DNA of 64,000 nucleotides from Thermoanaerobaculia bacterium. Its GTDB lineage: Bacteria; Acidobacteriota; Thermoanaerobaculia; Multivoradales; JAGPDF01. The stretch lies in the NCBI GenBank assembly GCA_039932315.1, contig JBDTQG010000002.1, positions 13,612 through 77,611 of the forward strand. Direction: 5' to 3'. Shown here one piece after another: positions 29,711 to 40,857 of this stretch (position 1 is its first letter; each line of letters starts with the position of its first letter). The translations under genes and the position numbers were made by a program. Below the pieces are notes generated by a model. That model was not told the origin of the DNA. It ran no database searches and saw only the letters and a program-made list of their open reading frames with translations.

Positions 29711-30678
29711 GCGTTACGCGCGCGATCTTCGCCCGGCTCGGCGCCGCGGTTCTCGCCGGGTGGATCGTCCTCACTGCCGTTTTCTTTCTCCTGCGCCTGC
29801 TCCCCGGCGGGCCCGGGGCCGCCTTCGAGGATCCTCGCGTTCCCGCAGAGCACCGCCTGCGCCTGCGCGCGCTCTACGGACTGGATCGCCCGCTCCCCGA
29901 GCAGTACGTGCGCTGGCTCGCCGGAGTCGTTCGTGGCGAGTGGGGTTACTCCCTCAGTCAGCACCGCCCGGTCAGCCGCATCGTGCGCGAAACCGCACCG
30001 AAGACACTCCTGCTGTCTTCGGCCGCGCTCCTCCTCGAGTTCACGGTCGGACTGACGCTCGGAGTCGCCGCGGCCAGGCGAGCCGGCTCGAAGCTGGATC
30101 AGGGCCTGCGCGGCATTTCCATCGCTCTCTGGTCCATTCCCACCTTCTGGCTCGCGCTCATGCTGCTCGCGGTTTTCGCGGTGGCGACGCCGCTCTTTCC
30201 ACCCGGGGCGCTGCACTCGGTCGGCGCGGAATCCTGGAGCGCCGGCCGGCGGGCGCTGGACCTCCTCTGGCACCTGGCGCTACCCGCCGCAGCGATCGGC
30301 ATTCCTGCCGCCGCGGCCACGGCGCGCTTCGTGCGCGCCACGGTTCTCGAGCGGCTGAACGAGCCGTTCGTCCAGTCGGCCCGCGCGCGCGGCCTCTCCA
30401 CGCGGCGCGTGCTCTGGTCCCACGCCCTGCGCGCCGGTCTTGCGCCGATCGCGCAGCTCGCCGGGATGTCGCTCGCTGCCCTGCTCTCCGGCACCATCGC
30501 GGTCGAAGTCGTTTTCGCCTGGCCCGGAATCGGCCGCGCGACATACGACGCCCTGGTCGCGCGGGACTACCCGGTTCTCCTCGCGGGAACGGCGCTTTCC
30601 GCAGCGTTCGTCCTCGGCGGCAGCTTTCTCGCGGAGGCTCTCCAGGCCTGGCTCGACCCCCGTTTGCGCGAGGCCTGA
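29707..30678 (+). CDS. peptide ABC transporter permease (OppB/DppB-like)
   Basis: YGLDRPL, SIPTFWL, EAA loop SARARGL, VFAWPGIG; TTG start overlaps the SBP stop. Confidence 0.9.
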   Translation: MSVTRAIFARLGAAVLAGWIVLTAVFFLLRLLPGGPGAAFEDPRVPAEHRLRLRALYGLDRPLPEQYVRWLAGVVRGEWGYSLSQHRPVSRIVRETAPKTLLLSSAALLLEFTVGLTLGVAAARRAGSKLDQGLRGISIALWSIPTFWLALMLLAVFAVATPLFPPGALHSVGAESWSAGRRALDLLWHLALPAAAIGIPAAAATARFVRATVLERLNEPFVQSARARGLSTRRVLWSHALRAGLAPIAQLAGMSLAALLSGTIAVEVVFAWPGIGRATYDALVARDYPVLLAGTALSAAFVLGGSFLAEALQAWLDPRLREA

Positions 30679-30686
30679 GCCACCGC

Positions 30687-31715
30687 ATGCCCGGGACCGG
30701 CGCGCGCATCCTGGTGAATCAGCGGCGGGGAACCCCTCGCGCGCTGCGTGCCGGACTCATTCTCGTCACGCTCATCGTCGCGGCAGTCGTTCTCCTCCCT
30801 CTCGCGTGGTCGCAGAGCCCCGATCGTCAGCTCGACCCCGCCGTCGCCGGGCTCGCCTCTCCCGGCAGCCGCTTCACGACGGTCGAGCTCGTCGATGGGC
30901 GAGTGCTGGCGGCGACCTCCCTGGTCCGCAGTGGAGCCGAAATCGAGCTCAAGGGGCAACCGCGTCCGACGCGAATCGCGCTCTCTTCGATCGCCGGCGG
31001 GAGCGATGCTCCGCCGGCGATCGGCGCGCGCCGCTTCCCGCTGGGCAGCGACGAATTCGGGCGTGACGTTGCGGCGCGCCTTCTTGCCGGGGGCCGGATC
31101 TCCCTCGCGGTCGCCGGATGGACGGTCCTGCTCATCTGCCTCGTCGCGTTTCCGCTTGGAGCCCTCGCCGGCAATCTCGCTCCTGCCGCCGATCGCCTGC
31201 TGCTCAAGGCCATCGAATCGTTGCAGGCTTTCCCGCGGCTCTTTCTGCTTCTCGGCCTTGCGGCGATCGTCCGTCCCGGGACCGTTTCCGTCGTCGTCAT
31301 TCTCGGTCTCACCGGCTGGATGCCGATGGCGCGGCTGGTGCGGGCCGAGATCCGTTCCGTCCGGGACCGCGACTTCGTCGTGGCGGCGCGCGCTGCTGGC
31401 GCCGGCCGATGGCGTCTGCTGCTGCGCCATCAGCTGCCGAACGCGCTCGCGCCGGCGCTCGTCGAAGCGTCCCTCGCCGCTTCATCGGCGATCGTCAACG
31501 AAGCGGCTCTGTCATTTCTCGGCTTCGGCCTGCAGCCACCCGCGGCCAGCTGGGGAAACATGATCGCCGATGGGCGCTCGATTCTCGCGGCCGGGTGGTG
31601 GATCGCCTTCTTTCCCGGCGTGGCGCTCGCCCTCACCGCGATCGCCTTCAATCTGTTGGGCGAAGGATTGCGGGATGCGCTCGACCCGCGATCGCTGCCG
31701 CTACCGCTCCACTGA
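30687..31715 (+). CDS. peptide ABC transporter permease (OppC/DppC-like)
   Basis: PLGSDEFGRD, AARAAGA, LSFLGFG, SWG, FNLLGEGLRDALDP. Confidence 0.92.
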   Translation: MPGTGARILVNQRRGTPRALRAGLILVTLIVAAVVLLPLAWSQSPDRQLDPAVAGLASPGSRFTTVELVDGRVLAATSLVRSGAEIELKGQPRPTRIALSSIAGGSDAPPAIGARRFPLGSDEFGRDVAARLLAGGRISLAVAGWTVLLICLVAFPLGALAGNLAPAADRLLLKAIESLQAFPRLFLLLGLAAIVRPGTVSVVVILGLTGWMPMARLVRAEIRSVRDRDFVVAARAAGAGRWRLLLRHQLPNALAPALVEASLAASSAIVNEAALSFLGFGLQPPAASWGNMIADGRSILAAGWWIAFFPGVALALTAIAFNLLGEGLRDALDPRSLPLPLH

Positions 31716-31725
31716 CGGCCGTCGG

Positions 31726-32760
31726 ATGCTCAGCCGCGACTTCGACTTCGACCTTCCCGGGAACGCCATCGCGCAGGAGGCACTCCCGCGCGGCGCAAGC
31801 CGTCTGCTGCACCTCGATGCGGAAGGACCCGATCGCGATGCGCGGATCAGCGACCTGCCCGGGATCCTGCGCCGCGGAGACCTCCTCATCGCCAACGACA
31901 CGCGGGTGATTCCGGCGCGGCTCTTCGCCCGGAAGATTCCGGACGATCCGCAAACCGGCGCGCAGATCGAGCTCCTCCTGGTCGAGAAGCTGGGTCCCCT
32001 GAAATGGGATTGCCTGGCGAAGCCGGGGAAGAAGGCACGCGTCGGCACCCGCCTCCGGCTTTCCCCGGAGGTCGACGCGGTGGTCGTCGCCAAACGCGAA
32101 GACGGCCGGCACACGATCGAGTTCTCCGCCGAAATCGAGCCCCACCTCGAAGCGCTCGGGCACGTTCCACTGCCCCCCTATATCGCCAGAGCGGATGAGT
32201 CCGCGGATCGCGAGCGATATCAGACCCTGTGGGCCAACGAGCCCGGAGCGATCGCCGCACCCACCGCCGGACTGCACTTTTCCGACGAGATTCTGCGCCG
32301 GCTCGACGAGCGCGGCATCGAGCGCGCCTTCGTGACATTGCACGTGGGAATCGGCACGTTCAAACCGGTCGTCACCGAGCTCGTGCACGAACACAGGATG
32401 GAGCGCGAGCGCTACCGCGTGCCCGAATCGACGGCTGCGGCGATTCGCCGCGCACGCCAGGAGGGCCGCCGGGTCGTCGCCATCGGCACGACCGTCGTCC
32501 GGACTCTCGAGAGCGCGGCTGCCGATTCCGGAGAGGTCGTAGCCGGCGAAGGTTCGACGGCGCTCTTCATCACGCCGGGCTTCCGCTTTCGCGTCGTCGA
32601 CGTCCTGCTGACGAATTTTCACCTGCCGAAGTCGACGCTTCTGATGCTCGTCTCGGCCTTCGCCGGCAGGGAACGCGTGCTCGCCGCCTATGCCGAAGCG
32701 ATCGCTCTCGGCTTTCGCTTCTACTCCTACGGCGACGCGATGCTCGTCGAACGGCGCTGA
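31726..32760 (+). CDS. queA: S-adenosylmethionine:tRNA ribosyltransferase-isomerase
   Basis: FDFDLP, NDTRVIPAR, PLPPYI, AAPTAGLHF, TNFHLPKSTL, YSYGDAM. Confidence 0.97.
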   Translation: MLSRDFDFDLPGNAIAQEALPRGASRLLHLDAEGPDRDARISDLPGILRRGDLLIANDTRVIPARLFARKIPDDPQTGAQIELLLVEKLGPLKWDCLAKPGKKARVGTRLRLSPEVDAVVVAKREDGRHTIEFSAEIEPHLEALGHVPLPPYIARADESADRERYQTLWANEPGAIAAPTAGLHFSDEILRRLDERGIERAFVTLHVGIGTFKPVVTELVHEHRMERERYRVPESTAAAIRRARQEGRRVVAIGTTVVRTLESAAADSGEVVAGEGSTALFITPGFRFRVVDVLLTNFHLPKSTLLMLVSAFAGRERVLAAYAEAIALGFRFYSYGDAMLVERR

Positions 32761-32816
32761 CGAAGAACGGCGGATATCATGCAGTCGCTTTCGCAGCCCC
32801 AGAGGAGGGGAACCCC

Positions 32817-33869
32817 ATGCCTTCGACGCGATCGATCGTCACCCGAACGGCCCAGCTCGCCGCCTTCACCATCGCGCTCGCTTTCGTTTCGAGCAGCCTA
32901 TCGGCGCAGCCGTTCGGCGCCTGGCTGACCCTCAGCGGAAGCGACACGACCTACATCGAGATTCCGCATTCGTCCGCGCTCAACCCGACCGCCGGATTCA
33001 CCTTTGAAGCCTGGGTCGACGTCACCGACGCCGGCGGATGCTCGAGCATCGCCGGCAAAGGCTGGAGCGAAGCGTGGTGGGTCGGCGTCTGCGGGACGAC
33101 CCTGCGCAGCTACCTTCACGGCAGCGCCTCGCAGAAGAACGGCGGAACAGTTCCGGCGGGAGTCTGGACGCACATCGCCGTCACATGGGACGGCAGCTTC
33201 CGCCGCCACTTCATCGACGGCGTGGAGGTGGGCACATTTCCCGACACCACCGCGCCCACGACCAACTCCCGACCCCTGGAGATCGCCAGCGATCCGCTCT
33301 ACCACTTCACGCCGGCGGGGGCGATCGACGAGGTCCGTCTGTGGAACGTCGCCCGCACGACGCAGCAGCTCCGCGCCTCAATCAACAAGCCGATCACTGC
33401 TGGATCTCCGGGGCTCGTCGGTGTCTGGGGATTGAACGCGAATGCCAACGACGCTCTCGGCGCACATAACGGCGCCGGAGTCGGCGCTCCGGGATACCTC
33501 ACCTTTCCCGTTGCGCCGGCCTGCGTCGCCAGCGACACGACGCTCTGCCTGGACCATCGATTCGGAGTGTCCGTGAGCTGGCGGGACAGCGCCGGCCGGA
33601 CCGGAATCGGGCACGTCGCGCCCTGCGGTACCGACGATTCAGGTCTGTTCTGGTTCTTCAACGACCAGAACTGGGAAATTCTGGTCAAGTCGATCAATGC
33701 CTGCGGACTCAACGAACGCTACTGGATCTACTCCGCCGCGACGACCGACGTCTTCTATCGGCTGGGTGTCTTCGACATCGTGGGCGGTGCCAACAAGATC
33801 TACTTCAACTACCTCGGCACGCCGGCGCCCGCGGTCACCGACAGCGACGCTTTCGCCACCTGTCCCTGA
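32817..33869 (+). CDS. secreted LamG-like jellyroll protein with a Cys/Trp-rich C-terminal domain
   Basis: GAGGAGG SD; signal peptide; FTFEAWV, WTHIAVTWDG, FIDG, GAIDEVRLWNVART. Confidence 0.85.
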   Translation: MPSTRSIVTRTAQLAAFTIALAFVSSSLSAQPFGAWLTLSGSDTTYIEIPHSSALNPTAGFTFEAWVDVTDAGGCSSIAGKGWSEAWWVGVCGTTLRSYLHGSASQKNGGTVPAGVWTHIAVTWDGSFRRHFIDGVEVGTFPDTTAPTTNSRPLEIASDPLYHFTPAGAIDEVRLWNVARTTQQLRASINKPITAGSPGLVGVWGLNANANDALGAHNGAGVGAPGYLTFPVAPACVASDTTLCLDHRFGVSVSWRDSAGRTGIGHVAPCGTDDSGLFWFFNDQNWEILVKSINACGLNERYWIYSAATTDVFYRLGVFDIVGGANKIYFNYLGTPAPAVTDSDAFATCP

Positions 33870-34462
33870 ATTCGTCGATCGCTGGCGCGCGGTGCACCGC
33901 CGCCGGACGAATTCGCTGCAGCGCCCGCACTCGAGAGCTTTGCGAGAAGCACAGCCGGGTCGCTCGCGATCCGGAGCTGCGCGCGATTCGCCGGACTCAC
34001 GAAACCCTCTTCTACGCTGCGATCGAGAAAGGCGATGAGGGGGTCGAAGTAGTTGCCCACCGAGAGCAGACCGCACGGTTTCTGGTGCACGCCGAGAAGG
34101 ACCCAGGTCCAGGCCTCGAAAAGCTCTTCCAGGGTGCCGACGCCTCCTGGGAGCGCAACGAAGGCGTCCGCAAGCTCCGCCATTTTCGCCTTCCGCTCGT
34201 GCATGGAATCGACGAGATGAATCTCGGTGAGTCCGCTGTGACCCACTTCGCGGGCTTCGAGAAACCTGGGCAGGACGCCGATCACCTGCCCGCCGGCGGC
34301 AAGAGCCGCGTCCGCCACCACGCCCATCAGACCGACCCGGCCGCCACCGTAGACGACGGTGATTCCGCGACGGGCCACTTCCCGGGCAAAGCTCGCAGCC
34401 GCGATCGAGTAGCGATCCCCCCGTCCGGCATGCGAACCACAGAACACGCCGAGGCTTTTCAT
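33809..34462 (-). CDS. LOG family nucleotide phosphoribohydrolase (TIGR00730-like)
   Basis: VYGGGRVGLMG, MHERK, PGGVGTLEE. Confidence 0.93.
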   Translation of the reverse strand: MKSLGVFCGSHAGRGDRYSIAAASFAREVARRGITVVYGGGRVGLMGVVADAALAAGGQVIGVLPRFLEAREVGHSGLTEIHLVDSMHERKAKMAELADAFVALPGGVGTLEELFEAWTWVLLGVHQKPCGLLSVGNYFDPLIAFLDRSVEEGFVSPANRAQLRIASDPAVLLAKLSSAGAAANSSGGGAPRASDRRIQGQVAKASLSVTAGAGVPR

Positions 34463-37366
34463 CTAGCGACTCGCGTACTCCTCCACCGGCGGGCAGAGGC
34501 AGACGAGGTTGCGGTCGCCGTAGACGTTGTCGATCCGCCCGACGGAGGGGAAGAACTTGCCGTCGCGGACCCAGTCCCGCGGAAAGATCGCCTGCTCCCG
34601 GGTGTAGGGCCGGTCCCAGCTCTCGTCGGCGATCGCTGCCGCGGTGTGAGGAGCGTTCTTCAGCGGATTGTTGGCGCGATCGATCCGGCCCTCTTCGATG
34701 GCGCGGATCTCCTCGCGGATCGCGATCATCGCCTCGCAGAACCGATCGAGCTCGCGCTTCGACTCGCTCTCCGTCGGTTCGATCATCAGCGTTCCAGGCA
34801 CCGGGAACGACATCGTCGGCGCGTGGAAGCCGAAGTCCATGAGGCGTTTCGCGACGTCCTCGGCCTCGATCCCGGCGCTCGCCTTGAAAGGCCGGAGATC
34901 GAGAATGAACTCGTGCGCCACGCGTCCGTTCGCACCGCGATAAAGCACCGGATAGAAATCACCCAGCCGCGCTGCCATGTAGTTGGCATTGAGAATTGCC
35001 ACCGACGTCGCATGAGCGAGACCCTCGCCGCCCATCATTGCGATGTACATCCATGGAATCGCGAGGATGAGTGCGCTGCCCCAGGGGGCGGCCGCGACCG
35101 GGCCGATCGCCTGCTCGCCGCCGCAGCGAATCACCGGATGACCGGGCAGGAAAGGCGCCAGATGTCGAGCGACGCCGATCGGACCCATTCCCGGGCCGCC
35201 GCCGCCGTGCGGAATGCAGAACGTCTTGTGCAGATTGAGGTGGCAGACATCTGCTCCGTAGTCACCCGGACGGCAGAGGCCGACCTGAGCGTTCATGTTG
35301 GCGCCGTCGAGATAGACCTGACCGCCGTGCGCGTGAACGATCTCGCACAGCCTGCCGATCGATTCCTCGAAAACGCCGTGCGTCGAGGGGTACGTCACCA
35401 TGATTGCCGCCAGGCGGTCGGCGTGCTCGATGGCGCGTTTCTCGAGATCGGCGATGTCGATGTTGCCCTGATCGTCGCAGGCCACGGCAACGACTTTCAT
35501 TCCCGCCATGACTGCCGAGGCCGGATTCGTGCCGTGCGCCGAAACCGGGATGAGGCAGATGTCGCGATGCGAGTCCCCGCGCATCTCGTGGTAGGCCCGG
35601 ATCACCAGCAGCCCGGCGTATTCCCCCTGACTGCCGGCGTTCGGCTGCAGGGAAACTGCGGCGAAACCGGTGACCTCGCACAACCAGCGCTCGAGGTCCG
35701 AAAGAATCTGTGTATAGCCTTCCGCCTGCTCAACCGGTACGAAAGGATGCATGTCGGCGAGATCGGGCCAGGACAGCGGCACCATTTCCGAGGTCGCGTT
35801 GAGCTTCATCGTGCATGATCCGAGCGCGATCATCGAATGCGCCAGGGACAGGTCGCGCGACTCGAGCCGGCGGAGGTAGCGCAGCATTTCGTGCTCGGTG
35901 TGGTGGCGGTGGAAAACCGGATGCGTCAGAAACTCCGAAGTTCGCGCATGCGGCGCCGGAATCGAGGATCTGGCCGCGACCTCGCTGAGCGCTTCGAGTG
36001 CCTGCGGATCGGTGCCGAAGAGATCGAGAAGATCGGCGATGTCGTCCGCGCCCGCAGTTTCGTCGAGCGCGATGCCGATCGTGCGCGGCCCGAGCTTGCG
36101 AAGGTTGATCCCTCTTCGCGCAGCGTCGGCGAGCAGTCCGTCGGCGTCATTGTCCGCGCCGCCGCGCGGCGCGAGCTCCACCGCGAGCGTGTCGAAGAAG
36201 GGCTCCTCCGCCAATTTGTGTCCCGCACGCCGCAGACCTTCGGCGAGAGTCACCGCCATCTGATGGATGCGGTGAGCGATCGCCCGCAGGCCGTCAGGGC
36301 CGTGATACACGGCGTACATCGACGCCAGGATCGCCGGCAGGACCTGCGCTGTGCAGATATTCGACGTGGCCTTCTCGCGCCGGATGTGCTGTTCGCGAGT
36401 CTGCAGCGCCATCCGGATGGCCGGACGCCCGGCGCTGTCCTTCGATAGTCCGATGATGCGCCCCGGCATCTGGCGCTTGTATTCGTCGCGTGCGGACATG
36501 AACGCGGCGTGCGGGCCGCCGTATCCCATCGGCAGGCCGAACCGTTGCGTCGAGCCGACAGCGATATCGGCGCCGAACTCTCCCGGCGCGCGCAGCAGCG
36601 TCAGCGCGAGAAGATCCGCGGCGACCACGAGGAGCGAACCGCCGGCGTGCGCACGTTCCGCGAGCTGCGCGTAGTCCACGATCCTGCCGTCGCTCGTCGG
36701 GTACTGCACCAGAACGCCGAAGACGCGCCCACCTGCGAAATCGCAAGTCGCGGGATCGCCGATGACGATCTCGATTCCGATCGCGCGCGCGCGCGTCGCG
36801 ACAACGGCGACGGTCTGGGGGTGGCAGGCGGCATCGACGAAAAAGACCGGATGGGCGATCTTCTCCAGGCGCGGATGGATCGCCGCACACATGTGCATGG
36901 CCTCGGCTGCCGCCGTCGCTTCGTCGAGCAGCGATGCGTTCGAGATCGGCAAGGCGGTCAGATCGGCAACCATGGTCTGAAAATTCAACAGCGCTTCGAG
37001 CCGCCCTTGCGCGATTTCAGCCTGGTATGGCGTGTACTGCGTGTACCAGCCCGGATTCTCGAGGACGTTGCGCTGCACAACTCCCGGCATCCGGGCCGCG
37101 TGATATCCCATTCCGAGATACGACCGCGAGCGACGATTCCGCGCCGCCAGCGCCTGCAGTCGGTCGAGCATTTCCTGCTCGCCCGGAGCCCGCTGCGAAT
37201 TCGAGGCATCGATCGAGAGAGCACGACTCGCGCGAATCGCCGGCGGAACAGTTTCGTCGATCAGAGCCGCGAGCGACGTGAGCCCGAGCGCATCGAGCAT
37301 CTCCCCCACTTCCGCATCATTCGCGCCGACGTGACGGCGGACGAAGGTATCGAGCGGCTCGAACAA
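34463..37366 (-). CDS. gcvP: glycine dehydrogenase (decarboxylating), single-chain P protein
   Basis: [37 protein letters not shown] (PLP lysine), IEPTESE. Confidence 0.98.
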   Translation of the reverse strand: MFEPLDTFVRRHVGANDAEVGEMLDALGLTSLAALIDETVPPAIRASRALSIDASNSQRAPGEQEMLDRLQALAARNRRSRSYLGMGYHAARMPGVVQRNVLENPGWYTQYTPYQAEIAQGRLEALLNFQTMVADLTALPISNASLLDEATAAAEAMHMCAAIHPRLEKIAHPVFFVDAACHPQTVAVVATRARAIGIEIVIGDPATCDFAGGRVFGVLVQYPTSDGRIVDYAQLAERAHAGGSLLVVAADLLALTLLRAPGEFGADIAVGSTQRFGLPMGYGGPHAAFMSARDEYKRQMPGRIIGLSKDSAGRPAIRMALQTREQHIRREKATSNICTAQVLPAILASMYAVYHGPDGLRAIAHRIHQMAVTLAEGLRRAGHKLAEEPFFDTLAVELAPRGGADNDADGLLADAARRGINLRKLGPRTIGIALDETAGADDIADLLDLFGTDPQALEALSEVAARSSIPAPHARTSEFLTHPVFHRHHTEHEMLRYLRRLESRDLSLAHSMIALGSCTMKLNATSEMVPLSWPDLADMHPFVPVEQAEGYTQILSDLERWLCEVTGFAAVSLQPNAGSQGEYAGLLVIRAYHEMRGDSHRDICLIPVSAHGTNPASAVMAGMKVVAVACDDQGNIDIADLEKRAIEHADRLAAIMVTYPSTHGVFEESIGRLCEIVHAHGGQVYLDGANMNAQVGLCRPGDYGADVCHLNLHKTFCIPHGGGGPGMGPIGVARHLAPFLPGHPVIRCGGEQAIGPVAAAPWGSALILAIPWMYIAMMGGEGLAHATSVAILNANYMAARLGDFYPVLYRGANGRVAHEFILDLRPFKASAGIEAEDVAKRLMDFGFHAPTMSFPVPGTLMIEPTESESKRELDRFCEAMIAIREEIRAIEEGRIDRANNPLKNAPHTAAAIADESWDRPYTREQAIFPRDWVRDGKFFPSVGRIDNVYGDRNLVCLCPPVEEYASR

Positions 37367-37367
37367 C

Positions 37368-37754
37368 TCAGTGCTTTCCCTGCTGCACGAATTCGCCGTA
37401 GCTTTCGGCGTCCATCAGGCTGTCGAGATCCGAGGAGGCAGAGTAGCGGATCTTGATCAACCAGCCATCGACGTGCGGATCTTCGTTGATCAGCTCGGGA
37501 TCGTCGGCCAGCGCTTCGTTGATCTCGACCACCTCGCCGGCGAGGGGCGTGAAAATTTCGGCGACGGCCTTCACCGATTCGATCGTGCCGATCTCGTCGC
37601 CCGCGTCGTAGACGTGCCCGACCTGCGGCAGCTCGACGAAAACGACCTCGCCGAGCTCCTTCTGTGCGAAATCCGTGACGCCGACGACCGCGAGATCGTC
37701 TTCGACACGCACCCACTCATGTTCTGTGGTGTAGCGATAGTCATCCGGATACAT
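37368..37754 (-). CDS. gcvH: glycine cleavage system H protein
   Basis: YTTEHEW, GVTDFAQ, IESVKA lipoyl lysine; ATG 37754. Confidence 0.97.
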   Translation of the reverse strand: MYPDDYRYTTEHEWVRVEDDLAVVGVTDFAQKELGEVVFVELPQVGHVYDAGDEIGTIESVKAVAEIFTPLAGEVVEINEALADDPELINEDPHVDGWLIKIRYSASSDLDSLMDAESYGEFVQQGKH

Positions 37755-37813
37755 TCTGGTCTCCCTCTCTCCTTCGTTTGCCGCGCCGCGACGCCTCGGA
37801 GATGCGAGGTGCG

Positions 37814-38950
37814 CTAGCGGGATCGCTTGTAGAACGGCAGCAATCGGGTGCGGGCCATCACCGGCTTGCCGCGCACGTCGATCTCTATCTCCGTGCCGGC
37901 TTCGGCCGAGGCAGCCGGGACATAGGCCATGCCGATGGCCTTCTCGAACGTCGGGCTCCAGGTGCCGCTGGTGACGGTGCCCACGGCCTCCCCACCAGCG
38001 ACGATGCCACACCCCTGGCGCGCGATGCCGCGCGACTCGACCTCGAATCCGACCAGTTGGCGTGAAGCGCCACGGGTACGGGCGTCGAGCAGCGCTTGCC
38101 GCCCGATGAAATCGCCCTTCTCGAGCTTCACGATCCAGTCGAGCCGGGCATCCCAGGGCGTCGTGGTGCGATCGATCTCGTGCCCGTAAAGCGCCATTCC
38201 GGCTTCGAGGCGGAGGGTATCGCGCGCCCCCAGCCCCGCCGGCACCAGGCCTTCCGCTTCGCCGGCTTTCATCAGTGCCCGCCAGATCTCCAGCGCGTCC
38301 TGTGGAGCCACATAGAGCTCGAAACCGTCTTCGCCGGTGTACCCGGTCCGCGAGATCAACGCCGGCTTCGAGGCCACCTCGCCATGGACGAAGCCGTAAT
38401 ACTTGATCGGCGAAAGCGCGCTCGCGGTGAGCGGCTGCAGGATCGCGAGCGCGCGTGGACCCTGGAGCGCGAGCAGCGCGAACCGGTCGGACCGGTCTTC
38501 CAGCACGACGCCCGCGGGACGAGGGAGTGAAGAAATCCAGGCGAAGTCCGGTGCGATGTTCGCCGCGTTCACCACCAGCATGAATTCCTGCTCGCCGAGA
38601 CGATAGACCAGCACGTCGTCGATGAAAGTCCCTTCGCGAGTCAGGAGAGCGCTGTAGTGGATCCGTCCGGGGACGAGTTTCGCGACGTCGTTCGGAGTGA
38701 GCCCCTGAACGAAGTCGAGCGCACCCGGTCCACTGATCGTGAACTCGCCCATGTGAGAAACGTCGAAAAGTCCCGCACGCGTGCGGACGGCACGGTGCTC
38801 ATCGATCACGCCGGTGTACTGAACCGGCATCTCCCAGCCCGCAAAATCGACGAGCTTCGCTCCCGCGGCCACGTGAGCTTCATAAAGCGGAGTGCGGCGC
38901 AGCGCAGGAGCTGCAGGACGACCCGAGCCGGTAGCGCCTTCGGAGGACAT
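37814..38950 (-). CDS. gcvT: glycine cleavage aminomethyltransferase
   Basis: FAGWEMPVQY, FDVSHMGE, RTGYTGEDGFE, GLGARDTLRLEAG. Confidence 0.97.
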   Translation of the reverse strand: MSSEGATGSGRPAAPALRRTPLYEAHVAAGAKLVDFAGWEMPVQYTGVIDEHRAVRTRAGLFDVSHMGEFTISGPGALDFVQGLTPNDVAKLVPGRIHYSALLTREGTFIDDVLVYRLGEQEFMLVVNAANIAPDFAWISSLPRPAGVVLEDRSDRFALLALQGPRALAILQPLTASALSPIKYYGFVHGEVASKPALISRTGYTGEDGFELYVAPQDALEIWRALMKAGEAEGLVPAGLGARDTLRLEAGMALYGHEIDRTTTPWDARLDWIVKLEKGDFIGRQALLDARTRGASRQLVGFEVESRGIARQGCGIVAGGEAVGTVTSGTWSPTFEKAIGMAYVPAASAEAGTEIEIDVRGKPVMARTRLLPFYKRSR

Positions 38951-39041
38951 GTCGGCGGACTATATCGCGGCAGGAATTCACCCGTACCGTGTGACTTTCG
39001 TCGCTTCGCCGACGCAGCTTCCGGCATAGCGTGGGAGTCTC

Positions 39042-40832
39042 ATGACCGTACTCTCCAGTCGAGATCGTCTTCGCCGACGTGCGCCTTCCGCCGCCGCCGT
39101 GGCGCCGCCCCAGATACGCTCGCGACGCACATTCCTCCTGCCGTCCCTGGGCGAGGACTACACGCCGGCGCGGCGAATGCGCCGCGAGGCTCCGGCAGGA
39201 GATTCGGGCGCACCCACTGCCGTCGCAGACGCCGCGCTTGTTGCTCCGTCGATGGCGGTTCTGGCGCTCAGCCGGCTGGCGTTCGGGCCCACGCAGGCAG
39301 AGGTCGCCGCTTTCAATGCGCTCGGCGCGAGTGACGCGCAGCGACTCACCGCCTGGGTCGACCAGCAGCTTTCTCCCGCTGCGATCGCCGACACGGCCTG
39401 CACGACCCGGCTCGGGGCGAGCGGTTTCTCGACGCTCAACAAGACGCTGACGCAGCTCTTCCATGACCATCACGTCGTCGACCCGGAGTGGGAGGAGCGC
39501 ATTCTTCCGGCGGTCGAGACCGAGCTCGCCACCTGGACCCGGGCGGTCTACTCGAAGCGTCAGCTTTTCGAGGTACTGGTCGACTTCTGGCACAACCACT
39601 TCAACGTTTACGCCTGGGAATTCATCGAAGCACCCACCTGGGTTTACCACGATCGCAACGTGATCCGCGCCAATGCGCTCGGAAACTTCCGCCAGATGCT
39701 GGAAGCCGACTGCAAGTCGCCGGCGATGCTCGTCTACCTCGACAACTACATCAATTTCGCCGCCGAGCTCGATGGCAATCCGGTCGGATCGAACGAGAAC
39801 TTCGCCCGCGAGATGATCGAGCTGCACTGCCTGGGCGCCGAGAATTCCTACGGCAATCTGCCGCGGGAACAGGTGCCGGGCTATCCGAATCCGACCGGCT
39901 ACTGCCAGCAGGATGTCGTGGACGTCGCGCGTGGCCTGACCGGATGGACCTTCGCCATCGACTGGGTCCAGTGGGACTGCCCCGAAGGCGAAGACAACGA
40001 CGGTCACTTCTTCTTCTGCGACGCCCAGCACGACAACCTGCAGAAGCAGGTGCTCGGCACGGTCATTCCCGCTGGCGGCACCGCGCAGAGCGACGGTCAC
40101 GCGGTGCTCGACCGCCTGGCTTCTCATCCGGCGACGGGACGCTTCATCGCCAAGAAGCTCTGTCGCCGGCTGATCGGCGACTTTCCGCCGCAGTCGATCG
40201 TCAACTCTGCGGCGGCTCTCTTCACCGCGCAATGGCAGGCGGCCGACCAGATCAGGCAGGTCGTGCGTCACATCGTCCTGTCGAATGAATTCCAGACGAC
40301 GTGGGGCGAGAAGGTCCGCCGGCCCTTCGAGATCGCGGCCGCCGCGCTCCGCGCCGGAGGCGCCGACTTCCCGTTCACCCTGTTCGTCGCCGATGAAGAC
40401 GCGGTCGGTACCTTCCACTGGTTCTACGAGGCCGGCGGACAGCCGCTCTTCGCCTGGCACCCGCCGAACGGCTATCCCGACGTCCGCGGCGCGTGGCAGA
40501 GCGCGAATCCCCGGGTCGCACTCTGGCGGCTGGTGAACTGGCTCGTCGAAGCCGACGACGATGGCAACGATCGCTACATCAACATCGTGAACACCACGAT
40601 CGCCTCCCCGGCGCGGTCCGCGGAAGCGATCGTCGATTTCTGGATTCCCCGGATCTTCGGCCGCACGCTGGGCGCCGCCGACCGCGACGAGATGGTCGAC
40701 TTCATGGCCGCAGGCCACAACCCGACCTTCGCGCTTCCCATTGAAGCCAACGAATGGCCGGAATACACGCAGGATCGTCTGCGCACGCTCGTCGGGTTGA
40801 TGTTCATGTCACCCGAATTCCTCTGGCGCTGA
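39042..40832 (+). CDS. DUF1800 family protein (copy 1)
   Basis: RLAFGP, FWHNHF, MLVYLDN, NENFAREMIELHCLG, PPNGY. Confidence 0.9.
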   Translation: MTVLSSRDRLRRRAPSAAAVAPPQIRSRRTFLLPSLGEDYTPARRMRREAPAGDSGAPTAVADAALVAPSMAVLALSRLAFGPTQAEVAAFNALGASDAQRLTAWVDQQLSPAAIADTACTTRLGASGFSTLNKTLTQLFHDHHVVDPEWEERILPAVETELATWTRAVYSKRQLFEVLVDFWHNHFNVYAWEFIEAPTWVYHDRNVIRANALGNFRQMLEADCKSPAMLVYLDNYINFAAELDGNPVGSNENFAREMIELHCLGAENSYGNLPREQVPGYPNPTGYCQQDVVDVARGLTGWTFAIDWVQWDCPEGEDNDGHFFFCDAQHDNLQKQVLGTVIPAGGTAQSDGHAVLDRLASHPATGRFIAKKLCRRLIGDFPPQSIVNSAAALFTAQWQAADQIRQVVRHIVLSNEFQTTWGEKVRRPFEIAAAALRAGGADFPFTLFVADEDAVGTFHWFYEAGGQPLFAWHPPNGYPDVRGAWQSANPRVALWRLVNWLVEADDDGNDRYINIVNTTIASPARSAEAIVDFWIPRIFGRTLGAADRDEMVDFMAAGHNPTFALPIEANEWPEYTQDRLRTLVGLMFMSPEFLWR

Positions 40833-40857
40833 GAAGACAGGTTCAGGAGAGATCGAA

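Noticed and set aside
33809-33869. 61-bp convergent overlap of the LOG and LamG genes
   Set aside because: Most likely a non-conserved C-terminal run-on of LOG after loss of its stop codon
38951-39041. Possible glycine riboswitch upstream of gcvT
   Set aside because: The gap is only 91 bp, is shared with a divergent gene, and shows no recognisable aptamer motifs
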